Shown piece by piece: positions 1-6,926 of a stretch of DNA of 40,098 nt. The translations under genes were made by a program, and so were the position numbers. A model generated the notes under the pieces. The model ran no database searches. It saw only the letters and a program-made list of their open reading frames with translations, and was not told the DNA's origin. The stretch comes from Paracoccaceae bacterium (GTDB lineage: Bacteria > Pseudomonadota > Alphaproteobacteria > Rhodobacterales > Rhodobacteraceae). Within the stretch, counting starts at the first letter, position 1. Every line of letters starts with the position of its first letter. Where the stretch lies: assembly GCA_031369165.1 (NCBI GenBank), contig JANMOK010000144.1, positions 1 through 40,098 of the forward strand. Direction: 5' to 3'.

Positions 1-1
1 G

Positions 2-715
2 GCAAGGGTAGCGAATGCCGACTGGATTGCGGCGGGTCGCGAGGGGCTGACGTTTTGCGACGCCACCTCGGCGGCGTTTGCGCAAAATCTGGACTGGGCC
101 AAGCTGGATGTGACAACGTTTTCCTGGCAAAAAGCCATGGGCGGCGAAGGCGGGCACGGGGTGCTGGTGCTGTCGCCGCGCGCGGTGGCGCGGCTGGAGT
201 CATATGTGCCACCGCGTCCATTGCCGAAGATTTTCCGGCTGACCAAGGGCGGCAAGCTGATCGAGGGGATATTCGTCGGCGAGACGATCAACACGCCCTC
301 GATGTGGTGCGTGGCCGATGCGATCGACACGATGGACTGGATGGAAGGTCTGGGGGGGTTGAGCGCGACGCGGGCGCGGGCGGAGGCGAATTTCGCGGCG
401 TTGCAGGGCTGGGTGGAGCGGACGGCTTGGGTTGAGAATATGGTTTCGGTGCCGGAGCAACGGTCGAATACGTCGGTGTGTTTGCGGATTGTCGATTCGG
501 CGTTTGTGGCGCTGGATGAAGCGACGCAGCGGGAATTCGTCAAGCGGATGGTCAAGGTGCTGGAAACCGAAGGCGCGGCGTTTGACATTGCCGGCTACAA
601 GGATGCGCCGCCGGGGTTGCGGATCTGGTGCGGTTGCACGGTAGAGACCAGCGACATTGTGGCGCTGGTGCCTTGGCTGGATTGGGCTTTTGACGGTATC
701 AAAGCCGGTTTGTGA
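2..715 (+). CDS. serC: Phosphoserine aminotransferase, C-terminal part (5' end lies outside the window)
   Basis: Frame 2 is open from the window edge to TGA 713-715. The translation (...TFSWQKAMGGEGGHGVLVLSPRAV...INTPSMWCVADAID...RSNTSVCLRI...APPGLRIWCG...) resembles alphaproteobacterial SerC. It sits directly upstream of serA, the usual serC-serA pairing. Confidence 0.85.
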   Translation, partial: ARVANADWIAAGREGLTFCDATSAAFAQNLDWAKLDVTTFSWQKAMGGEGGHGVLVLSPRAVARLESYVPPRPLPKIFRLTKGGKLIEGIFVGETINTPSMWCVADAIDTMDWMEGLGGLSATRARAEANFAALQGWVERTAWVENMVSVPEQRSNTSVCLRIVDSAFVALDEATQREFVKRMVKVLETEGAAFDIAGYKDAPPGLRIWCGCTVETSDIVALVPWLDWAFDGIKAGL

Positions 716-730
716 TTTCCATTACAGGAG

Positions 731-751
731 GCCCCGGATCAAGTCCGGGGC
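731..751 (+). other. Intercistronic stem-loop between serC and serA
   Basis: GCCCCGGA-TCAAG-TCCGGGGC: perfect 8-bp stem with a 5-nt loop, 15 nt before the serA ATG. No U-tract follows, so it is more likely an mRNA processing or stability element than a terminator. Confidence 0.4.
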
Positions 752-765
752 AGCGGGAGAGAGAT

Positions 766-2358
766 ATGCCTAAAGTATTGATTTCAGACGAACTTTCCGA
801 CGCGGCGGTGCAGATTTTCCGCGACAACGGGGTCGAGGTGGATTTTCAGCCAAAACTGGGCAAAGACCCGGCGAGGCTGGCCGAGATCATTGGCAACTAT
901 GATGGTTTGGCCATTCGGTCTGCCACCAAGGTGACGGCGGAACTGATTGCCAAGGCGACGCGGCTGCGGGTCATTGGGCGGGCCGGGATCGGGGTCGACA
1001 ACGTCGACATTCCGGCGGCCTCGGCCAAGGGGATTGTGGTGATGAACACGCCGTTTGGCAATTCGATCACCACGGCGGAACATGCGATTGCGATGATGTT
1101 CGCGGTGGCGCGGCAATTGCCAGCGGCGGATGCCTCGACCCAGGCGGGGAAGTGGGAAAAGTCGCGCTTCATGGGTGTGGAGATCACCGGCAAGACTTTG
1201 GGTTTGGTCGGGGCGGGGAATATTGGGTCGGTGGTGGCGTCACGGGCTTTGGGCTTGAAGATGAAAGTCGTGGCGTTTGATCCGTTTCTAAGCGCCGAGC
1301 GGGCGCAAGAGATGGGGGTCGAGAAGATCGACGATCTGGACGTGCTTTTGGGGCGGGCGGACTTTATTACGTTGCATTTGCCCAAGACCGAAAAGACCGC
1401 CAACATCCTGTCGCGCGAGCGGATTGCCAAGATCAAGCACGGGGCGCGGCTGATCAACTGTGCGCGCGGCGGATTGGTGGATGAGGCCGCGGTGGCCGAA
1501 GCGCTGAAATCGGGGCAACTGGCGGGGGCGGCGTTTGACGTGTTCGCGGTGGAACCTGCTACAGACAGCGTGCTGTTTGGGTTGCCGAACGTGGTCTGCA
1601 CGCCGCATTTGGGGGCTTCAACCAACGAGGCGCAGGAGAATGTGGCGTTGCAGGTGGCCGAGCAGATGTCGGATTATCTGATGCGCGGGGCGATTTCCAA
1701 CGCCTTGAACGCGCCGTCGGTGACGGCGGCGGAAGCGCCGATTTTGAAGCCTTGGATCGAGCTGTGCGAAGTCTTGGGCTCGTTCGCCGGGCAGGTGACG
1801 GATTCGGCAATCAGTGAGATCGAGATCGAGTTTGTCGGCAAGGTGGCGGAGTTGAATTTGAAACCGCTGGTCTGTGCTTTGACCGCCAAGCTGATGACGC
1901 CGCTGGTTGGTGAGGGCACGGTGAATATGGTGAATGCGCCGATCATTGCCCGGCAAAAGGGCGTGCATATTTCCGAAACGCGCAAGGATGCGCAGGGGGC
2001 GTTTGGGTCTTATGTGCGGCTGATTGTGACCTGCGGCGAGTTCGTGCGCTCGGTCGCTGGCACGATCTATTCTGATGGCAAGCCGCGGTTCATCCAGATC
2101 AAGGGCATCAACCTGGAGGCCGAACCGATGCCTTATATGATTTACACTACCAACAGCGACACGCCGGGGTATATCGGGGCATTGGGGACCAAGCTGGGGT
2201 TGTTGGGGGTCAATATCGCGACGTTTGCTTTGGGCCGGGCGTCGAAGGGTAGCGAGGCGATTGCCTTGTTGGGGGTGGATGAGAAGGTGTCGGCGGAGAC
2301 TTTGGCCGAGATCGCGGCGCTGCCGCAGGTGAAGCAAGCGCGGTTTTTGGCGTTTTGA
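766..2358 (+). CDS. serA: D-3-phosphoglycerate dehydrogenase
   Basis: Start ATG 766 (MPKVLISDELSD...) follows GGGAGAGAG; the ORF-track start at 712 overlaps the serC stop region. NAD-binding motif GLVGAGNIGS is present, with 2-hydroxyacid dehydrogenase blocks and a long C-terminal regulatory extension. About 530 aa, typical of long-form SerA. Confidence 0.95.
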   Translation: MPKVLISDELSDAAVQIFRDNGVEVDFQPKLGKDPARLAEIIGNYDGLAIRSATKVTAELIAKATRLRVIGRAGIGVDNVDIPAASAKGIVVMNTPFGNSITTAEHAIAMMFAVARQLPAADASTQAGKWEKSRFMGVEITGKTLGLVGAGNIGSVVASRALGLKMKVVAFDPFLSAERAQEMGVEKIDDLDVLLGRADFITLHLPKTEKTANILSRERIAKIKHGARLINCARGGLVDEAAVAEALKSGQLAGAAFDVFAVEPATDSVLFGLPNVVCTPHLGASTNEAQENVALQVAEQMSDYLMRGAISNALNAPSVTAAEAPILKPWIELCEVLGSFAGQVTDSAISEIEIEFVGKVAELNLKPLVCALTAKLMTPLVGEGTVNMVNAPIIARQKGVHISETRKDAQGAFGSYVRLIVTCGEFVRSVAGTIYSDGKPRFIQIKGINLEAEPMPYMIYTTNSDTPGYIGALGTKLGLLGVNIATFALGRASKGSEAIALLGVDEKVSAETLAEIAALPQVKQARFLAF

Positions 2359-2380
2359 GAGGGTTCTGATCCAGCGCTGT

Positions 2381-2487
2381 CCCTCTCCATTCATGGAGAG
2401 GGTGCCCGATAGGGCGGGTGAGGGAATTGCCAAGCCGAACCACCTCATCCGGCACTTCGTGCCACCTTCTCCATGAATGGAGAAGGG
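2381..2487. repeat. Nested imperfect palindromic (REP/MITE-like) element between convergent genes
   Basis: Two 22-bp perfect palindromes: CCCTCTCCATTCATGGAGAGGG (2381-2402) and CCTTCTCCATGAATGGAGAAGG (2466-2487). They form the ends of a larger imperfect inverted repeat: left arm 2381-2424, right arm 2443-2487, loop about 18 nt. Confidence 0.7.
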
Positions 2488-2531
2488 AGACTGGCACTTC
2501 CTTCACCACGCGAAGCGAAGAGAACAAACAC

Positions 2532-3293
2532 TCACAGCGCGACTGCGACAGTCGCCCCACCCCACAAGATCAGGATCAGGCCGGACCAGCGGCTGATGCG
2601 CAGTCGCGGCGGGGCCAGTTTTTCGGCGGCAACGTAGGCGGCGAGGCCGATGATCCATGTTGGCTGCATCACGCCGCCGTAAAACAACAGGCCCATCAGC
2701 ACCCAGCAGCAGCCAAGGCAATAGATGCCGTGGTCTAGGCCCATGCGGAAGGCCCCTGATGAGCCTTTTCGCCAGCGGTGGGCAAAGTAGAACAGCGGTG
2801 ACTGGCATTGCCGCAGGCAGGCGTTTTTGAGCGGGGTGAACTGGTAGATGCCGGCCGCAAGCATCAGCAGGCCGCCGAGCAATCCGCTGACCACTGCCAT
2901 CATGCCGGTGAGCGGGATGATGTCGTGGGTGATGACTTGCAGGCTGGTGGCGGCGAGGCTGAACACGGTCCAGATCGCGGCGTAGCCTGCAACGAAGGCG
3001 AGCAGCGTTGGCTTTTGTTTCGCCTGTGCCGCCAATTTACGGTTCATCGCGGCGAAAGTGAGAATGGCGGGTGCCGCCGAGGGCAGCATCATGGCCAGCA
3101 TCATGCTCCACCACATGACGAACAGCAGCGTCGCTTTGGCAATGTTAAAGGGGCCAAGTTGGGTTATGTGCATCAGCGCATCGCCGCTGCGCAATGTCGC
3201 CCACAGGCCTAACGTTGAAGCCGCGGCCAGCGCAGCCAGCACGACAATTCGGTCGTTGCGGGCGGCGCGTTCAAATACGCCCGTATCGGTCAA
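2532..3293 (-). CDS. DUF2182-family polytopic membrane protein (family annotated only as predicted metal-binding membrane protein)
   Basis: Multiple hydrophobic helices. Family-like motifs WWSMMLAMMLPSAAP, NACLRQCQSP and HGIYCLGCCWVLM are present. The apparent TTG start at 3293 overlaps the upstream stop (TTGA). Confidence 0.85.
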   Translation of the reverse strand: MTDTGVFERAARNDRIVVLAALAAASTLGLWATLRSGDALMHITQLGPFNIAKATLLFVMWWSMMLAMMLPSAAPAILTFAAMNRKLAAQAKQKPTLLAFVAGYAAIWTVFSLAATSLQVITHDIIPLTGMMAVVSGLLGGLLMLAAGIYQFTPLKNACLRQCQSPLFYFAHRWRKGSSGAFRMGLDHGIYCLGCCWVLMGLLFYGGVMQPTWIIGLAAYVAAEKLAPPRLRISRWSGLILILWGGATVAVAL

Positions 3294-3940
3294 CGAACGA
3301 TTCCCGTGCCGGTCAGATGCAGCATCGCCAGATGGGCGTGACGGTCTTGCGCATTCAACTCAATCAGTCCGCTGGTGGTACTGTCGCCGCTGGCGCATTC
3401 GGCTTCTGTGAACTCGAAGCCATGTCTGAGCACGATTTTCGCGTGATGGGCGGTACCAGTGACCGGGTTGCGGATGGGACGCGTTCGTGCCTCGACCACG
3501 CCGGGTACGCGAAAAAAACCGTCACAAGACTCCATGTCGGCTTCAAACTCGATGGGCAGGAACAAGGGCGGGTGGATTGTTTCGATCATTGAGGCGAAAA
3601 CGTCGAAAAAAGTTGTCCCCGGCACGCTGTCTTTTCCCGACATGATGTTGAGCAAGGCTGTGCGTTGGCCTTCGTCGGCGCCGATGTCGATGATGCGCTG
3701 GATCGCCCCGTTGCCCAGATGGATTGCCCCGGGCCAGGCGGCGAGCGATACCCAGCGCAGGCCGGTGAGCGAAATATTGCCGTAGTGGCCTAGGTCGATA
3801 TGCATGGCACCGATGGCGGTGCAGCGTTCGTCTTTTGGCGGCGCGTTGAACTGGCAGGGGCAGCCATAGTCACAGTTGCAGGTGACGATTTCGGGTCCGC
3901 GGATCATCCAGTCGGTACGAGATTTTCCGGTGGTAGTCAT
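3290..3940 (-). CDS. DUF1326-family protein (copy 2 of 2)
   Basis: N-terminal motif CNCDYGCPCQF, later blocks AAWPGAIHLGNG and RPIRNPVTGTAHHAKI. Paralogous to the upstream gene. About 216 aa with no signal peptide or TM helix. Confidence 0.85.
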   Translation of the reverse strand: MTTTGKSRTDWMIRGPEIVTCNCDYGCPCQFNAPPKDERCTAIGAMHIDLGHYGNISLTGLRWVSLAAWPGAIHLGNGAIQRIIDIGADEGQRTALLNIMSGKDSVPGTTFFDVFASMIETIHPPLFLPIEFEADMESCDGFFRVPGVVEARTRPIRNPVTGTAHHAKIVLRHGFEFTEAECASGDSTTSGLIELNAQDRHAHLAMLHLTGTGIVR

Positions 3941-3952
3941 GGTTGCGCGTGG

Positions 3953-4588
3953 TCAGCGCACAACGCCGCCGCCGGTTTGGCGGAGGCGGTTGAACTGGCC
4001 GTAGGAATCGTTCAACTCAAAGCCGATGGCACCGCTGGCCTTGCACGACGCACTGCCGATTTCGGCAATGTCGAATTCGATGCCGCCGGGGATGTCGATG
4101 CGCACCCGGTGTTCGCCGCCGGTGGCCGGGCTGACGATCGGGCGACCTTCGGAGCTGAGAATGCCGGGGATCGATGTGCTGGCGCGGCGGCGCTCGATAT
4201 CGATGGTGAGGGCAATTGGCGCAAATTTTACCGGATGATGGGTGTCGGCCATCGATGCATATACCCACCAGTGATTGGCACCGTCATCGGTTTCACCGCC
4301 ATGCAGGATAGTAGTGAGTGCTTCACGTTGAGCCGGGTTGGCGGCCTCGTCGACGATCAGTTGCAGCGAACCTTTGCCCTCGAATATAGGGCCGGGCCAT
4401 GCATAGATCAGCGCCGCTTTCAGCCCGTCGAGGCGGGTGTCGCCGAAATGGCCGTTGTCGATGCGGAACGCCTCGAACCCTTCGCAGCCGCCGTAGTTTG
4501 GCAGCCCTTCGAACTGGCAGGGGCAGGCATAGTCGCAGTTGCAGTTGCCGAAGGATTCGCCTTCGATCAGCCAGTCGATTCGCGCCAT
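3953..4588 (-). CDS. DUF1326-family protein (copy 1 of 2)
   Basis: Preferred start is ATG 4588 (MARIDWLIEGESFGNCNCDYACPCQF), preceded by GCGGGGG; the ORF-track start 4627 is an alternative. It shares the CNCDY-x-CPCQF motif plus YAWPGPIFEGKG and RPIVSPATGGEHRVRI blocks with the downstream paralogue. Confidence 0.85.
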   Translation of the reverse strand: MARIDWLIEGESFGNCNCDYACPCQFEGLPNYGGCEGFEAFRIDNGHFGDTRLDGLKAALIYAWPGPIFEGKGSLQLIVDEAANPAQREALTTILHGGETDDGANHWWVYASMADTHHPVKFAPIALTIDIERRRASTSIPGILSSEGRPIVSPATGGEHRVRIDIPGGIEFDIAEIGSASCKASGAIGFELNDSYGQFNRLRQTGGGVVR

Positions 4589-4686
4589 TGCAGCCCCCGC
4601 GTTCATGGAACGGATCGAACTTAACACCTTTTGCCATACGAGTCATTTTCGGTTTTGCATCGTCTTTCACTGCTATAAGAGATGGT

Positions 4687-4719
4687 AACGGCCCTTGCGG
4701 GATTCTCGCGGGGGCCGTT
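4687..4719 (+). promoter_or_regulatory. Long stem-loop followed by TTTGTGTG in the purA 5' leader
   Basis: AACGGCCCTTGCGGG-ATT-CTCGCGGGGGCCGTT can pair over about 15 bp (including three G-U pairs) with a 3-nt loop. The stem's 3' end runs into TTTGTGTG. The purA RBS GAAGGAG starts about 10 nt after the stem. Confidence 0.5.
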
Positions 4720-4741
4720 TGTGTGACTGAAGGAGATATGC

Positions 4742-6034
4742 ATGGCCAATGTCGCGGTTGTCGGGGCCCAGTGGGGCGATGAGGGCAAGGGGAAGATTGT
4801 CGATTGGCTGTCGGAACGCGCCGATGTGATCGTGCGCTTTCAGGGCGGGCATAATGCCGGGCATACGCTGGTGATTGACGGGACGGTTTATAAACTGTCG
4901 CTGCTGCCATCGGGCATCGTGCGGCCGGGCAAGTTAAGCGTGATCGGCAATGGCGTGGTGCTGGACCCTTGGGCTTTTGTCGCCGAAGTGGAAAAGCTGC
5001 GCGGGCAGGGGGTGGCGATATCGCCGGACAATCTGATGATCGCCGAGAACACGCCGCTGATCTTGCCGGTGCATGGCGAGTTGGACCGGGCGCGGGAATC
5101 GAGCATTTCGGTGGCGAAAATTGGCACGACAGGGCGCGGGATCGGCCCGGCGTACGAGGATAAAGTCGGGCGGCGGGTAATTCGGGTGGCGGATTTGGCC
5201 GATGAGGCGACGCTGGATGCGCGGTTGGATCGGTTGTTGACGCACCATGATGCGTTGCGGCGCGGGTTGGGTTTGATCGAGATTGACCGGGCGGGGTTGA
5301 AAGCGGCGCTGGTGGCGATTGCGCCGCAGATATTGCCTTATGCGCAGCCGGTTTGGCGGGTGCTGGCGGAAAAGCGCAAGGCGGGGGCGCGGATTTTGTT
5401 TGAGGGGGCGCAAGGGGCGTTGCTGGACGTGGATTTTGGCACCTATCCGTTTGTGACCTCGTCCAACACCGTGGCCGGTGCCGCCGCTGCAGGGGCGGGC
5501 ATGGGACCGGGGGCGATTGGCTTCGTTCTGGGGATTGTGAAGGCTTATACCACGCGCGTCGGTGAAGGGCCGTTTCCGGCGGAATTGTTCGATGCAGACG
5601 GTGACAAGTTGGGCGAGCGCGGGCGCGAGTTTGGCACGGTTACCGGGCGCAAGCGGCGCTGTGGCTGGTTTGACGCGGTGTTGGTGCGGCAGACCTGCAC
5701 GACATCAGGTGTGGCGGGGATTGCGCTGACCAAGCTGGATGTTCTGGACGGGTTTGAGGAATTGAAGATTTGCACTGGGTATATGCTGGACGGTGCTTTG
5801 ATCGACTATCTGCCGACAGCGGCGGCTTTGCAGGCGAAGGTAGCGCCGGTTTATGAAGTGATGCCGGGGTGGAAAGAGACGACGGCGGGGGCGCGGTCCT
5901 GGGCGGATTTGCCGGCTGAGGCGATTAAGTATGTTAAACGGGTTGAGGAGTTGATTGGTTGCCCGGTGGCGATGTTGTCGACCTCGCCCGAACGCGAAGA
6001 CACGATTCTGGTCACCGACCCGTTTGCCGATTGA
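4742..6034 (+). CDS. purA: Adenylosuccinate synthetase
   Basis: [23 protein letters not shown]... carries the canonical GDEGKGK P-loop, GGHNAGHT and [13 protein letters not shown] blocks. 430 aa, with RBS GAAGGAG 6 nt upstream. Confidence 0.97.
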   Translation: MANVAVVGAQWGDEGKGKIVDWLSERADVIVRFQGGHNAGHTLVIDGTVYKLSLLPSGIVRPGKLSVIGNGVVLDPWAFVAEVEKLRGQGVAISPDNLMIAENTPLILPVHGELDRARESSISVAKIGTTGRGIGPAYEDKVGRRVIRVADLADEATLDARLDRLLTHHDALRRGLGLIEIDRAGLKAALVAIAPQILPYAQPVWRVLAEKRKAGARILFEGAQGALLDVDFGTYPFVTSSNTVAGAAAAGAGMGPGAIGFVLGIVKAYTTRVGEGPFPAELFDADGDKLGERGREFGTVTGRKRRCGWFDAVLVRQTCTTSGVAGIALTKLDVLDGFEELKICTGYMLDGALIDYLPTAAALQAKVAPVYEVMPGWKETTAGARSWADLPAEAIKYVKRVEELIGCPVAMLSTSPEREDTILVTDPFAD

Positions 6035-6261
6035 TGGCGATGTCGTATAAACGCAGGCGCGGGTTGGCTTTGCTGGTGCTGGTCGTCGGGCTGCCGGTTT
6101 ATATTGTGCTGGTGGTGAGCATGATGGGCTGGATCGGGCGGCTGCCTGTTGTATTGGAAATGCTGGTTTATGTGGCTTTGGGCGTGCTTTGGGTGTTGCC
6201 GTTGAAGGCGGTGTTCAAGGGGATTGGCAAGGTTGATCCGGGTGGTGATATGCCGGAGTGA
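6034..6261 (+). CDS. DUF2842-like small two-helix membrane protein
   Basis: ATG 6034 overlaps the purA stop (TGATG). [27 protein letters not shown]...YVALGVLWVLPLK resembles the small alphaproteobacterial DUF2842 family. The ORF-track start at 5959 lies inside purA and is rejected. Confidence 0.75.
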   Translation: MAMSYKRRRGLALLVLVVGLPVYIVLVVSMMGWIGRLPVVLEMLVYVALGVLWVLPLKAVFKGIGKVDPGGDMPE

Positions 6262-6312
6262 TGGGTGCGGAGCACCCGTCCTACATGTGAGATCAAGCCG
6301 CGGGGGCGCGAC

Positions 6313-6915
6313 ATGCTTGACGGAATCATTCGCAAAGGGATCGACCCGGTGTTGAACCGGATCAGCCGCAGATTGGCGGATAGAGGTGTTTCGGCGAACG
6401 CGGTGACGCTGGCGGGCGCGGCGCTGGGGCTGTTGGCGGGGGTGCTGATCGCGGCGCATGTTTTCGTGAGCGCGGCGGTTGTTATTCTGCTCAGCCGGTT
6501 GTGCGACGGGCTGGATGGCGGTGTGGCCAAGATCAGGGGCAAGACCGACTTTGGCGGCATCCTCGATATTGTCATGGATATGGTGTTCTATGGCGCGATT
6601 CCGGTGGGATTCGCTTTTGCCGACCCTGCCAATAACGCCATTCCGACGGTGGTTTTGCTGTTCATCTTTTACCTCAACGCCGCCAGCTTTTTGTCTTATG
6701 CGATCATGGCGGAAAAGCGGGCGATGACATCGACCGTCAGGGGCGAGAAGTCGCTGCATTACACAACCGGGTTGGTTGAAGCGAGCGAGACGATTGTGGT
6801 TTACGTGGCGGCCTGTCTTTTGCCCGATTGGTATGCGGTTTTGGCGTGGATATTCAGCGTCGCGCTTGGGCTGACGGCGCTGGGGCGGGTGTTGCAGGCG
6901 CGGCGGGTGTTTTGA
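6313..6915 (+). CDS. CDP-alcohol phosphatidyltransferase family protein
   Basis: Signature D-G-x2-A-x8-G-x3-D-x3-D is seen as CDGLDGGVAKIRGKTDFGGILDIVMD. The protein is multi-TM. Start chosen at ATG 6313 (MLDGIIRKG). Confidence 0.85.
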   Translation: MLDGIIRKGIDPVLNRISRRLADRGVSANAVTLAGAALGLLAGVLIAAHVFVSAAVVILLSRLCDGLDGGVAKIRGKTDFGGILDIVMDMVFYGAIPVGFAFADPANNAIPTVVLLFIFYLNAASFLSYAIMAEKRAMTSTVRGEKSLHYTTGLVEASETIVVYVAACLLPDWYAVLAWIFSVALGLTALGRVLQARRVF

Positions 6916-6926
6916 AAGGTGAGGGG

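Noticed and set aside
784-2560. Several long minus-strand ORFs (e.g. 897-1625, 1618-2448, 1674-1985) overlapping serA
   Set aside because: They lie antisense to a clearly identifiable serA. Their translations are Arg/Pro/Ala-rich low-complexity sequence with no family resemblance. These are typical shadow ORFs of GC-rich DNA.
3800-4910. ORFs 3800-4624 (+, 274 aa) and 4323-4910 (-, 195 aa)
   Set aside because: The first is antisense to the DUF1326 gene. The second runs across the divergent promoter into purA. Both have Gly/Ala/Arg-rich composition with no motifs.
5851-6759. 302-aa minus-strand ORF spanning the purA end, the DUF2842 gene and the CDP-alcohol transferase gene
   Set aside because: It is antisense to three well-supported genes and has His/Arg/Pro/Gln-rich nonsense-like composition.
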